A stretch of DNA of 64,000 nucleotides from Hormiphora californensis (GCA_020137815.1 CM035350.1:4154001-4218000), one strand, 5' to 3'; shown: positions 32,872 through 58,114, counted from the first letter of the stretch. Notes: generated by a model not told the origin, from the sequence alone. Made by a program: numbers and translations.

Positions 32872-34779
32872 ATGGCAACCGAACAGTTTGAACGATACAC
32901 CCCCATCAACCCCCTTCCTGAAGAGATCTCCACCCTTGATCGAGATGAGACTGTATGCAAGTTCTGCGGGGTATCCTATCTCATACATAACGAAATGAAG
33001 AAACTAGAGAAAGAGCTGGAGGCCACCCTGGACCGGTTACGGGGCTACGAGGACATGAAGGCCAGGGTGGGGGGACTGGAGGACGAGAGGGAGGTGTTAG
33101 GAAGCGAGGTTCACAAGCTAGAGGGAAGCCTTAGAAGTTTGCAAGCGGAGGGGGTAGAGCTGAACAAGACACTCACAAGGTACGAGTCACGCATCACGGG
33201 ACTAGAGGAAGAATGCAGGGAGGCAGTAGGAAAGTGTGCTGCCCAGGCGACCACAATGTCAGAGAACAGAATAAAACTGGCAAACTTCCAGAAGGTGTGT
33301 TCCTTGTTCCCCGTGCTACGGGAGCACGTGAAAATCCTGCAGGAGGACCGGGAGAGAATGCGTGGGGAGGTGTTGGAGATGGGGGAGGTGTTTAGAAAAC
33401 AACAGGCAAGCCTCTCCCACACAATTACTGTTTTGTCAGAGAAAAACAAGCAAGCAGAGGAAATAACAACGGAACAGGGAGAGAAAACTAAAGAACTAAA
33501 TGAAGCACTCACAGCGGCCATATCACAGCGAGACGTACTGACAGAACGTGTTGCAAAGTTGACAGATAGGTTGGCAGTGCTGGCGGGTAGTGAGCAATCT
33601 TTAGCTCATGCACAGGAGCAGAACGTTAAGTTGAGTCAGCATGTCAGTGCGACTCAGGGTGAACTAGAGACGGTCAGATCAACTCTAACTGCGCTGGAGG
33701 ATGAGAGGAGGAAGGAGAAAAGGGTGCTATCAGCTAAGGGACATGAGAATACTGAGCTAAAAGAGAGGATCAACGAACTGACAAGACGACACACGGGCCA
33801 ACTAGAGGATCTGAATGCCCGATATCAGGAGTCAATTGAGGTTCAGGGGCTGCTGAAGGGCAAACTAGAGGCACACGCACGGGCACAGGTTGATAAGAGT
33901 GTGGGCGAGAGGGAAGAGCTGGAGAGAGAGGTAACGACCCTCAAAACTCAGTTAAGAGAAATGACTAGGGATCGGAGCCAGGTTGCAGAGCGGGCACGCA
34001 CCTTGGGAGAGACACACCGAATGCAATTATGCGACTTGCATAAGAGCTATCAGGAGCAACTGGAAAATGCACTTGCGGAGCGGAATGGCCTGAAGGCCGA
34101 CCTCGAGGGGCAACAACAGGGCAAGATAGACGAGGCGGTCGGGAGGGCACTGGCCAGCGCTGCTGAGAAGCAATCTACTGAACTAGCTGCTCTAGAGGAG
34201 AGTTACAGGGACGCCCAGGCCGCATTAGAGACCCAGATAGACAAGTTATCGCAACAATTCAGTAGGGATTTATCGAGTAAGGAGGGAGCAGTACGGGAGA
34301 TAGAGAAATCGTACCAAGCAAGAATGGCAGAGGAAAGAAAAGCACGGGAAACCCTAGAGGCAGAGAACAGGGAGCGACTGGCACAGGCTGAGAGGTACAA
34401 GGCACAAGTGGAGCAGCTGAAGTCCGTTCCTGCCACAAACACGGCCGAATTGGAAAGTTTCCGAGAGAAGAATCGGGAGCTGGAGGGAGAGGTACTAAAG
34501 TTACAAAGGATAGTGAACAGAGAATGTGAGGAGCGGATGGAAATGATGATGAAAATGAAGGAGCTGCAACAACAACAAAATCAAAACAAACAGCAACAGA
34601 AACCCCCGCCTCCTCCAGGTCCCCCTAGCACGGGTGGGAGCAGTTTTGGGGGCAAGAAACAGGGATCGGAGACGGGAGGTGGGAGAAAGAGCAATGATGC
34701 TGTATCCAAGAATGGTCCTGGAAGACCGATCAGGCCCAAGGGTGCCAGTAGGTTCTCGAGCTGGACTCAACAGAATTGA
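32872..34779 (+). CDS. LEKR1: LEKR1-like long coiled-coil protein, single coding exon, 635 aa
   Basis: N-terminal YTPINPLPEEI..LDRDETVCKFCGVSYLI and C-terminal LQRIVNRECEER are LEKR1 hallmarks. Confidence 0.85.
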   Translation: MATEQFERYTPINPLPEEISTLDRDETVCKFCGVSYLIHNEMKKLEKELEATLDRLRGYEDMKARVGGLEDEREVLGSEVHKLEGSLRSLQAEGVELNKTLTRYESRITGLEEECREAVGKCAAQATTMSENRIKLANFQKVCSLFPVLREHVKILQEDRERMRGEVLEMGEVFRKQQASLSHTITVLSEKNKQAEEITTEQGEKTKELNEALTAAISQRDVLTERVAKLTDRLAVLAGSEQSLAHAQEQNVKLSQHVSATQGELETVRSTLTALEDERRKEKRVLSAKGHENTELKERINELTRRHTGQLEDLNARYQESIEVQGLLKGKLEAHARAQVDKSVGEREELEREVTTLKTQLREMTRDRSQVAERARTLGETHRMQLCDLHKSYQEQLENALAERNGLKADLEGQQQGKIDEAVGRALASAAEKQSTELAALEESYRDAQAALETQIDKLSQQFSRDLSSKEGAVREIEKSYQARMAEERKARETLEAENRERLAQAERYKAQVEQLKSVPATNTAELESFREKNRELEGEVLKLQRIVNRECEERMEMMMKMKELQQQQNQNKQQQKPPPPPGPPSTGGSSFGGKKQGSETGGGRKSNDAVSKNGPGRPIRPKGASRFSSWTQQN

Positions 34780-35256
34780 TTTTAGTTTTTTGACGATGTT
34801 TTTATTTTCTACAGAGTGTAAAGATGTAAATATATGTGTTGATATGATTGATAACTAATTTGATGAAATTTCAGTGCTTCTCTTGCACCTCAGATCTTCC
34901 CAGGATTCTCTCTCTCTCTCTCTCTCTCTTTTCTCTGTTACTTGATCCCAGCTTACACTCACACACAACACAGCAGTGGCCCCTCTCTCGCCTCCATACC
35001 AATTTGGCGCGGGGATGTTTTGAATTCAAACTTGGGGCCGCGCGCTCGTTGCGTGCGCGGGTTAAGACCACAAACCAGTACAAAGCACATAATTCGGTGC
35101 GCGGCCCCTGGTGATCTCCTTGGAGATGGACATCGGAAGCAGAGACGTCAGGATTAGAAAAGCTGTGTGTATGCACAGTGTGATAGCTGGACGGGCACGT
35201 GATCTGTGTAATTACTTAACCGATAATCGACATACTCCAACTTTTATAGCACAATC

Positions 35257-35948
35257 ATGTCTAACGTGGAATCATGGTGTACGGTGGAACTGACAGCCGA
35301 TCAAAGTTACATGCGAAAACAGAGGCGTCACCACCCTGACCATCTGAAGAGTACCGTATTCCAGGTCAGTTCAACACAATAGTGTGGCCACAATATTATA
35401 CTACCCTCACCAAGTTTTGGTACTACTAATGATCTGCACCATTTACCCTGTCAGATTATGATACCCCTCTGGTTAAATCCCACTCCTCCAAATATATTTT
35501 CTCTGACCCCCCCCCTCCCGCTCCATCTAAAATAACTCCCTGTTTCCTCACAGACAGGTGTGCAAAACAAGGGAGCCAGCAGTGATAGATTGACGAGTTT
35601 CAATGTGTCCCAGCCCAAGCTAGCCCAGAAGAAACATTACGCCAATAAAAGTGAGTGTATTATTGCATTCTTGACAGGTTACATTGAACCCAGCCGAGAC
35701 CTCTGTGAGGTACACATCGTAAACTGTCAACTGCTTTCAATATTAATATGAATTATGAAGGGGTAGGGGAAATAAATGTTTATAACTTGTCTGAGACCCC
35801 TTCACCTACGATAACTAGACAAAACATGAACGAATCATGAACAGTATTGTTGTTCAAGTGGTTCTAGCTATAACGGGTGGATATTAGCTATTTGTTTCAT
35901 GTTTTTAACACCCATCCTCGTTCAGATGAACATACGTTCCAAATATAA
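35257..35948 (+). CDS. Small uncharacterised protein, about 75 aa (exons 35257-35364, 35554-35650, 35926-35948)
   Basis: Phase-consistent GT-AG splicing gives MSNVESWCTVELTADQSYMRKQRRHHPDHLKSTVFQTGVQNKGASSDRLTSFNVSQPKLAQKKHYANKNEHTFQI*; AATAAA at ~36028 and ~36049. Confidence 0.55.
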
Positions 35949-36913
35949 GATCTGAAGAGGAAGGATACGATCAGATACAAGTTGAACCTGCTGGCTGTTG
36001 TGTAAATAGAGATTGTAAATACGTTGTAAATAAAAAACTGGACTGTATAAATAAATCTTTCTTTCTTCTTTTAGCTATATTTCGTTAAACCCTTTTTCAG
36101 AGTGTTACTGTTTGTAAATATGCGATCTATGAGTATGTGATATTATTGTTTGTGTCAGTGTCAGTAACCCAAGATAAAACATTTCCTCCCTTGTTAAAAT
36201 AGAGCTTGCCTCAATTGTTCTCGGCCGGTAGTTAGTTACCCGAGTAGCAGGAGCAATGAGAATTGCGGTCCATGCTTCAAGACTGGATAAGTGGGTGGCA
36301 CTTCCCAATTAGCACGCGCAAAACTATTTCATAACCAGAATGATGACGTACGCGCGGCGCGTCATAAGATCTCAACTTGCACGCGAACCAGTGTCGAGGC
36401 CCTCAAGAGTCCGCACTGGATGACTCTCTTAAAACATTTGTTGTGGTCTACCGTGAGGACATCTCAGTTCCTCTTGCTGCCGATGCCAAGTCTGTACCGC
36501 TGCTTGAGCAATCCCCGTATAGATCTCCCATTGATAGATGTACAATTTTGTGTACTAAGCAGGCAGTCTCTCTGTCTGTTTTCCTTTTCTCTCTCTCTTT
36601 CTCTCCCACGCTCTCGCTATAACCTTGTTAATCCGCTGGACGATCACGTTACTGTACCCACGGGGTACCCCTTCTTAGTTCCTATTCTTCCTTGTGCAAG
36701 GCACCAATATGTCCTATTCGCCTGAGGATCTAGTTGATCTTTTGAGTGCACCCCCGCACACTAATTAGTCCTTTCATGGCATGTGCCTGTGGCGTGCTCT
36801 CTCTTTTTCTCTTCCTCCCTATTGTATGTTACACTCCTAGTTATAATCACCCCACCATTTCCCCTTTGTAGCGGTGATCTCGTTCTCTAGTGAGTGTAGC
36901 AGTGTGAGTGTTG

Positions 36914-48457
<11,544 letters not shown>

Positions 48458-48651
48458 AGCTGGTGTGCTGAGTATGTGCACCCAGATCTATACATGGGAT
48501 AAATAGCCCAACATCTCCCTCGTGTTGCCGGCTCCTTTTGAGCCGTGTACCACGTCACCGCGTAGTGTGTACGATATCTTCCCCCCTTTTTTCAAGAGTG
48601 AGAGTTTTTTACATAATACCCACCCGATATAACCCTAGACGCCCCAACATA

Positions 48652-49874
48652 TAACGTATTGGGCAAAAAAAATGTCCCCCCTAGACTAGCATAGTTCCAG
48701 ATATCGTAGAGCTCTAAAATTTTACACAGTTACTCTATGGGACAAATAAATAAGTTCCACAAAATTTCAGACTTTTAGCTCAAAGTTCATTTTTTTGATC
48801 GGAATGAACATTGTTATTCATTCCAAAAAACATGATTTTTCGGTCCAGAAGCCAAGCAATTGTCTTTGGCTCTCGATTTTCTTTCAAATGCGACCAAGAA
48901 AAGCCAAAACGGACAACCACATGGCACACAGTGGTCATGTTTCTGACAGTTAGTCAGGTCATGTGATCCCCACCGAATCGTGAGTTGCTAATCAGGCTTA
49001 GTGGGCAAAAAAAATGTCCCCCCTAGACTAGCATAGTTCCAGATATCGTAGAGCTCTAAAATTTTGCACAGTTACTCTATGGGACAAATAAATAAGTTCC
49101 ACAAAATTTCAGACTTTTAGCTCAAAGTTCATTTTTTTGATAGGAATGAACATTGTTATTTATTCCAAAAAACATGATTTTTCGGTCCAGAAGCCAAGCA
49201 ATTGTCTTTGGCTCTCGATTTTCTTTCAAATGCGACCAAGAAAAGCCAAAACGGACAACCACATGGCACACAGTGGTCATGTTTCTGACAGTTAGCCAGG
49301 TCATGTGATCCCCACCGAATCGTGAGTTGCTAATCAGGCTTAGTGGGGAAGAATCACGTATCACAGTCGCTAATGAGGGATGTGTATCGAAAAAGCGACA
49401 TGTGATTCGGCATCACTTGGGTAAAGAGGCCACTTGTTAATGAGCTTCGGATCTCATGACCAATAGTCATCGTCATCCCTCATTAGCAGCTGTGATACGT
49501 GATTCTCCACCACTAAGCATGATTAGCAATTCTGAATAAATTACACGATTCGGTGGGGATCACATGACCTGACTAACTGTCAGAAACATGACCACTGTGT
49601 GCCTTGTGGTTGTCCGTTTTGGCTTTTCTTGGTCGCATTTGAAAGAAAATCGAGAGCCAAAGACAATTGCTTGGCTTCTGGACCGAAAAATCATGTTTTT
49701 TGGAATAAATAACAATGTTCATTCCTATCAAAAAAATGAACTTTGAGCTAAAAGTCTGAAATTTTGTGGAACTTATTTATTTGTCCCATAGAGTAACTGT
49801 GCAAAATTTTAGAGCTCTACGATATCTGGAACTATGCTAGTCTAGGGGGGACATTTTTTTTGCCCAACACGTTA
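48652..49874. mobile_element. TA-flanked fold-back element with long TIRs and a 342-bp duplication of the left arm, ~200 bp after the CPEB stop
   Basis: taacgtattgggcaaaaaaaatgtcccccc...ggggacattttttttgcccaacacgtta; arm repeated at 48660 and 49002, inverted copy at ~49475-49874. Confidence 0.9.
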
Positions 49875-50649
49875 TATATACATATATTTTCCGTCTGGCT
49901 CCCATATACCCTGGAATATCCCCCCGTATTTCCTACTCCTCTTTATCTAATAATCTTTTAACTGTGCCAGTGTGATCAGCACCCTGTTATCTGAACCCAG
50001 CTGGGTGATGAGTGGCTGTGAGTTAGGTCGACTCACACCCACAACTGTGATCATGGAAGCTAGTAGTTTGGATGGCGGGGGTGGCTGATTGATACTGGCA
50101 CTGATTTTAAAGTATCTTGTAGATTGGCTTGTTGTTGTATACCCGCGTGTGCTCATCAGCTCTGACGAAATGCTGATATACACGTATTACTGTAGCAACT
50201 CTCTCAATGTATAGCTCTTTGGTAGAATTTGGAACTTCAACTACATTCCCTCTGTAAATTTGAATTTTAAACAACTTTTTTACTACAGATTTTATTTAAT
50301 ATTATATACGGTTTTCGTTACCCTTTAGTTTAACGTTATATTTATTGAATTGTGAAATTTTCCAAGGTTTACAAATGATAATTATGACCAACCAAGATAT
50401 AAAGAATAGAGCAGAGAAATATAAACAGAGAGTAAAACCATTTTTCGGGTCCTTGTTTCTGTATAATAGATCTAAAATCACTATTATAATTTAGTTAAAC
50501 GTACAAGTGTTATAAGTGTGTGCGTGGAATTGTAAGAGAGAGCAACTTATCTATATTATTATCTATTATATTGTTTACAACCTTTACAATATATATATAT
50601 ATACACAGATATAGTTATTCTATTTGATTTTGTACTTTACTCTCTTATA

Positions 50650-52660
50650 GGGGGGGTTCCCATGGTATACTTTGGTATACTTTGGCACTTTCCACAACTT
50701 TTTCAGCGATTTTCCATATACCAAAGTATACCAAAGTATACCAAAATATACCAAGGTATACCAAAGTATACCATAAAAATTTTGAAAAAGGTAAAATTTA
50801 AGCGATAAGATAAAATAATTGACTAAATTTGTAAAACTACATCCTTATTTCGTTCTAAATTGGTAATATAAAGCTTATTAAACTGATTTTTACGTATGTT
50901 ACATCACCCGGCTAGTGCTCAAGGCTGGCCACTCAGTGGCCAGGGGTTCAATTCCCGGTTGAGGCAATTTTTGAAAAATTTTTAGAGACTTTACCAAATA
51001 CTATTTCAACTTTTTCTTGACTTTTTTAAAAGTTTTTTTATCGCACTCAAATGAGTCCCAATGTGTCAAACCCCAGTTTTGTGACTTATCATTTCATAGG
51101 CAAAATAAGTTTCCTCGATTCTATGAAATTAGCCAATTCAGCCTAGTTAACCTCAAGTTTATGAGTTAAGGGTACACCTGGCGTTTTTCATCATCGAGTG
51201 CCCAACCAAATGACTTCACCAGGGTTTAGGCCATACAAAATGGACCTCAAATATGCAATTTTAGCCCTAAAGTTGAATTCATATTTTTGCTACAGCCTAT
51301 TTTCAAAGTGGCGTTTTTTCAATTTTTGGTGGAATTTTTAACCTCAGGACCACTTTTTTTGAGATAGAGACATTAAATTCTTGGAATTTGAAGAGAATAT
51401 AAAGGTAAATAAGCCCAAAGAAGGATTTTTGAAATGGAGCTAATTTATGGCCATGAGAACGGTTTACTTTTTTGCTTCTTTGACACGCTGGCTGAGAATG
51501 TTCCCATGCTTCATTAGAGATGAAAATCTGGAAATAGTTGCTCAAAACGATTATCTATGTGGCCCAAAAATTTTGGAACTTTCCCGCCAAAGATGTGGTG
51601 TACAGAGCTTGTTTTGTGAAACCCATCTTTTTGAAAAAGAGGAAATTCCCTGTATCTCAAAAACGGATGATCGTAGAGACCTGCGACCAAGCTTAATCGA
51701 TTCAGAAGGTCCGATTTTGGGGGGGTCGTCTGAGACACATTTTGCTCCTACTCCAACCGTTTTTGCTGTACTTGCAAAAAACCAATTCTATGAAAAGGGG
51801 GAACAACTATATTCCAGTAGCCTGCTTCGGGCTGATTTCCCCCTTACTTGCTGATACCTTTTTCGCAATTACAGCAAAAACGGTTGGAGTAGGAGCAAAA
51901 TGTGTCTCAGAAGACCCCCCCAAAATCGGACCTTCTGAATCGATTAAGCTTGGTCGCAGGTCTCTACGATCATCCGTTTTTGAGATACAGGGAATTTCCT
52001 CTTTTTCAAAAAGATGGGTTTCACAAAACAAGCTCTGTACACCACATCTTTGGCGGGAAAGTTCCAAAATTTTTGGGCCACATAGATAATCGTTTTGAGC
52101 AACTATTTCCCGATTTTCATCTCTAATGAAGCATGGGAACATTCTCAGCCAGCGTGTCAAAGAAGCAAAAAAGTAAACCGTTCTCATGGCCATAAATTAG
52201 CTCCATTTCAAAAATCCTTCTTTGGGCTTATTTACCTTTATATTCTATTCAAATTCCAAGAATTTAATGTTTCTATCTCAAAAAAAGTGGTCCTGAGGTT
52301 AAAAATTCCACCAAAAATTGAAAAAACGCCACTTTGAAAATAGGCTGTAGCAAAAATATGAATTCGACTTTAGGGCTAAAATTGCATATTTGAGGTCCAT
52401 TTTGTATGGCCTAAACCCTGGTGAAGTCATTTGGTTGGGCACTCGATGATGAAAAACGCCAGGTGTACCCTTAAGAAAGTTTATACAAACTGTTTTAAAG
52501 CCTTAATTATTTTAAATTAACACTTTAAAGTACGCAAAGCTATTAAAAAGATATGGTATACTTTGGTATACTTTGGTACCTTCCACATATTTTTTTGGAA
52601 TTTTCCATATGCCAAAGTATACCAAAGTATACCAAAGTATACCATGGGAACCCCCCCCCC
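50650..52660. mobile_element. GG-terminated element with 8-bp TSD and subterminal CCAAAGTATA decamer repeats; hosts a TTAA element
   Basis: TIR GGGGGGGTTCCCATGGTATACTTTGG; CTCTTATA at 50642-50649 and 52661-52668; same GGGGGGGTTCC terminus as the 42399 element. Confidence 0.85.
51170..52470. mobile_element. 1.3-kb fold-back element with ~600-bp TIRs, TTAA TSD and GG..CC termini (Kolobok-like)
   Basis: TTAA|GGGTACACCTGGCG...CGCCAGGTGTACCC|TTAA; mirror-image ORFs 51447..51854(+) and 51807..52193(-). RR..YY termini with TTAA fit Kolobok rather than piggyBac (CCC). Confidence 0.88.
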
Positions 52661-55600
52661 CTCTTATACATTATTATTTTCGTCTGCCCTTCTATACATA
52701 CATGTGTTTTGGTGTGCACCCCAATGTTATACACAGTTAATGTGATGGATACCCAAATATGGAACTGTTTGTGCCCATATTTGGTAGTGCGTGTCACTTG
52801 TATGTCTAACTGTGGTTCAAAGGTAGCCCCCTATTTTTCATGAGAAATGTTGAACCCCTGTTTTGTAACGTTTTTAAGCAAAAAAAGTAATGTAGAAACT
52901 AGAAAATATGCTGGTGATATAGATTAGAGAGATGCTTGTTTCCTACTTTTACAGAGTTGAAGAAGTGTGTAGGTTAAAAAGTGATTTTTGTATCCCGTTC
53001 ATCAACAGATTTTCTGCTATACCATAATCATGTAATATATATCGGTTGTTCGCCCATAGATTCATAAGTGTGTGCCAGGCTTGTGCAGCTCCTCTCTCTC
53101 TCCCCACTCTATCTATGTCTATCTCTCCTCCCCCTCCCTCTATCTCTCTCCCTTCTGGTGATCAGTGTCAAAGTGTAGCTCAGTGCGACGTAGAGCTGCA
53201 TTGTGCGACATGCAATCTGCTCACTTATCTGTCACCTCATTGGTCAATCGGGGTCACGTGATTGCAGGTTATTGCACTGATTGGCTCGGCGTGGGTCCCT
53301 CCACGGCATCTGAGAGAGAGCACACACCTTGTTATGAGCCTCACAGAGCGCTCCCACCCTGATACTGTTTAGGAGAGGGAGAGACAGAGAAATAGAGAAA
53401 TAGAGAGAGAGCCCCCGGAAGGTCTAAATCCTATCACGTGATACCAGCTCCCCCTTAAAACGGTACCATCAGATCTGAGTGCACCATGTTTAGATCGAGT
53501 GAGAGGGGAGAGAACCCTTCCTGAGCCCCACACACGAATCTTGGCAGTACTTCCCCCACACCGCTTATAACACCAGGCCACCCAACTATATCTTAACACT
53601 CTCTTTTATATATGTCAAGATCTTAATATATATATTATCTAGAGACATCTTCCACCGCCACACGCAAGAGAAAACACACCACCTATTATATTCAGGTCTC
53701 ATCAACTTTTTTTCTGTACGCGCTGACTAAGTATGAATTCTTACAAACCATAATATTTTATAGTATTTTTACTTAACTGAATTAAATTGTGCTATTTGAT
53801 ATAAGAGTACGTTTTTCAAGAATTTTCGGGGCTGAAAGTGAGAGAGATGAGAGGGAAACAGCAAAGAGATTAGGAAGGACAATCCCTGCCGCTCACCTAA
53901 GTTTTTTGATAATCATATCCTACCTTTGCATGTTTGCTATGTCAACTGGAGTTGAAAAATTAACGGGAAAGATAGAGAGAATAGTATATAACTTATCAAT
54001 ACTACGGGTTGAGTGTTCTTTTATATATTATATTCTATACCGTTATATATAATACTGTGCTATGGTACATGTTCATACAAAGCTAAAGAGAAAAAAGAGA
54101 AGAATAAAGAAGAAGAGTGATCAGCAGTGAAGGTTGTCTATACACGAAGTGTATACACTCTAGTATATATACCAAGTATACATATATACAGTGTGTGCGT
54201 GTGCTATACGAGTTGTATGTGTATGTATGGTTCCCGAGTATTTTTTGTACAACAAAGATATGTGGTAGGGTTTTAGACAAGTGATATTTTCTACTCAACA
54301 ATGAAGCTGCTCCAAAACCCCGCACACACCGGCTCTCAGAAGAACCGCACGTGGTTAGAGAAGTATTGTTACTATGGTAACCATGACTCACCAACGCAGT
54401 TACCCTGGTAAAACTGAGAACTTGTGTGTGTGCGGTGGAGTATTTTTTACACAACCCTGTAGATATTTCTTTACTCAATATATATAAATATATATAATAT
54501 AACTGTACGTGGCACAAGGCACACTTTGAACATGGGCCTAACAGCAGATCAAGGACGTCTCAAGTGTCTACAGGTTTGCCCAGGACCATGTGTAAATTGT
54601 GCAGTGTGAAAGAGAGAGAGATAGAAGTGAGATTTGTACTACATTTTACATCAATATTTTCTATGTGATTGGATATTTTAAATGTAGTGTGATTTGCCGA
54701 ATTTTGAAGAAATTGCTAAAACGTGCTATTTATCTACTGCAACTATAATCAAGTGTGTACTTGTACACATGTATTTTACTACACATGTTTGTACATTGCA
54801 CACTCCCAATACTCTTTTATAGGCAATATAAGGTCAGCTTTTCTAGTGTTGTACAGTCGAGTCATTATACGATTTGTGTGTGGGAATGTGTCCGGGTATG
54901 CAAGTGTGTGTGTGTGTTCTGCATCTTCTGATCAGCCTGACTTCCTCTCTGAAGAATTCTAATTGGTGGAGGAAGTACGGAATGAAGAGTGAGCCATACT
55001 ATGCTGCCCCCACAAAACCATACACAAGTCAGAGAAGGATGAGAGAGAGAATTATATATAGAAAAAAATATTCGCTACTATTTGTGAGACTATTTGTGAA
55101 CTATTTTCGAGAAAGAGAGGCGAAACACGTTTTATGTATGAACTATCTATCAGTGTGTGTACGTCTATGTTACACCAAATATACCCATCCTTCAGAAACC
55201 GATTCTATAAAAGATTTGATTTCCCTCAAGTTTAAGCCCTCCCCCATATTTTCGATAAATATCTTCCTTGATCTGCAACAGAAGCCACCAATTACAATTT
55301 CTTCTATTGTGTGTGTATGTGCGCAGTGCTAAAATGATAAAAATTCCCTGCCAAAAACTTTTAGGTTCGTCATATAATGCTGTGATATGTGATCTCTCTC
55401 TAGAAACGTTGCTGTAGTTAGAAACTTGCTATTAAAGTTTGGAAGATCTGTGTTTCATTTTATATATATATGGGGGGACTTGGGGAGTGTTTCCGGGACT
55501 TTCATTATACGGCGGCCGCAGAGAAAGGGGAGGTGGGGGAGAGAGAGATATAGAGGGAGAGAAAGAGAGAGGGAGGGGTAGAGAGAGATCATAATGAAGA

Positions 55601-55698
55601 ACGCTGCTGATGCAGTACACAATGCACACATCACAAGATGGTCGCAACACGATGTGCAGTGCGTGTACATCTTATTAATTACTTCCCTCTCTGTATCC

Positions 55699-55779
<81 letters not shown>

Positions 55780-56663
55780 CGAGTCTCCCTGCATCTCCCT
55801 CCCTGCTTCTCTCCCTTTGCTCTCTCCCTGCTAGAAGCAGCAGCAGCACTTCTCCCATGGGAATACAGCGCACACACATACTATCACCACCACACCGACA
55901 ACAAGAGAAAAGGGAAGCCGTGAGCTGTAAAAAACTATAATAGTTCCCGTTGTAACAATGGTTGAGAGCTCAGTTGTCCCAGATCAGGGCTGGGGAATCT
56001 CGCTTGGAAAGGGTAAGAGGGGAGATGAAGATGTGAGACATGAAGTGATCTAACAGGGTGGTCCTGTCGAGAGACAAGTGTCATCTTAGAGACATGAACT
56101 GCGGGGTGAGAAAAGAGGGGCGCCCAACTCATCAACGAGAGATCCTTTCTTTCATCTTCATTATTTACTTCTCTCCCCCTCCATCGTTTAGTCCAAGTTG
56201 GGAAGATAGACTGAGTGGCTCAATACGTCTGATGAGACTGAGAGTCGAGAGAGAATATATGAAATATGGTGCAGGATGCTTATAGCCTCTCTCTGCTATG
56301 TATTCCTCTTAGTAAGAGGGAGAGGGAGAGAGATAGGAATAGGAGTTGTTGGAGGGGGATCTCAGTCGCTTAGAGGACGATGATTGTTTGGGTAAATTCA
56401 TGATCCGAGTGCATACTTTAACTGCAGTCTAATACTGTATGGTATGCCTAGTTAGTAGACCATAGTAATAAGGAACGAACAAACAAACGGACCACTATAA
56501 CAAAGGACAGGTGCTCCTGTCAGGCATCGCACTGACCCTAATTCTCACACTCAGAGCGATGGTAGTGGCCAGGCGTCTCACAGACAGACAGAGGAACCCC
56601 GAGTCAGTTAAGTAGTAGCTCCATCTCAGAGTTTTATAACTATTTGAGACACAGTGAGAGAGT

Positions 56664-56765
<102 letters not shown>

Positions 56766-58114
56766 GAGAGAGAAGCCTCGACAGGTGCCACAAATGTGGT
56801 TGTCGCTGCCAGGTGACAAAGATCAGAGAAGCTAAGAGATTGTTCGAGGGTGGTTACTTTAATACTAGGGGGTAGAGAGAACTTGTCACGTCAAATAGCT
56901 ACCCAACGCTGACGTGAAAATATTTTTACGTCAGTGTGGATGTTTGACGTAAAATAATGCTTTTTTGCAACTATACGTTGTGAAATACCCCCCCCCCGGC
57001 CCCCTTAGCAAGAAAGGTACGAATATTATAATACTTATAAAGGTACCATTCCTCCATATTATAGCCTACGAATAGCTCTTCATCTTCTGTAACCTGTCCT
57101 CAGATTTCAGGGCAATTGGAAGATTTGCCTCATTAAGGAAAATTAGCTATTGATCGAAATACCTCCCCAGCCTATGGGATAAGCATTTCCCTGCCTCCAA
57201 ACTAGGCACATTAGGCAGGGTTATTGGAAGTTTTTCCCACAGCTTTACTGTAAAGTTTATATGTCCCCACAAGGCTCATCGCAATTTGCCGAGAGCGCTC
57301 TCTTCAACGCAGGACAAATATATGTTCCCTCTCTCCACGGCTCGTTGCCAGCGGATGTAGGAGTGGTAGGGAAAGTGCCCTCTGAGTCCTCCTCCTCACT
57401 TCCTCTCTCTCTCTCGGCCAGAGAGCACGCGCTCTCCCCCGTGCCGCTATCTGTACTATCACGTGACCGGCACCACGGACCAATGAGAGGTCGGGAAATG
57501 TGTCCGGTGACTTCCTCCCTCCTCAGCACAACAAAGATGCCTCGGTCACGTGAGGTTAACTGTCCAATCACAGACCGGAGGATAATAGTTTCCCAGCACG
57601 GCTCGCACGACTAATAGCGGTCGTATGATACAGTCTGACTTCCGGTTGCATCTACAGAGAGAAAAGTAGAGGTAGATAGAGAGGAGAGAGAGGGGGAGGG
57701 AGAGAGATATGGAAGGAGTGGAAGAGAGAGAGGGAGAGATAGAGATCATCACTCTCCCTTTCCCTCTCCTCATACAAAGTCACGAAGTAGTTGAGAGGAT
57801 GTACACACAAACGTACAGACACACGTTTGAGAGGGCACCATTATATTGAAGGAGCTCCTGCTCATAATCACTCTGTCTCCTTCTCCCCATAACCAGCAGG
57901 TGGAGCTTATGCGTGTCTCCCTGGAGAGAAAGGAGGGGAGGGGACGAGAGAGAAAGAGGAGAGAGAGAGAGAGAAAGAGAACGACATAGGGGGTGCTGTA
58001 GCTGTTAATTACTTATGCTCCCACCACCGAACCAGTCACGTGACCACTCTCGGGCCAATGAGCGGCTCCGCACGTGGTAGGCAAATGCACCCCAGAGAGA
58101 GGGATAGAGAGAGA

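Noticed and set aside
51447-52193. Mirror-image ORF pair (MAMRTVYFF...) as genes or a transposase
   Set aside because: They result from the ~600-bp inverted repeat and show no transposase motifs.
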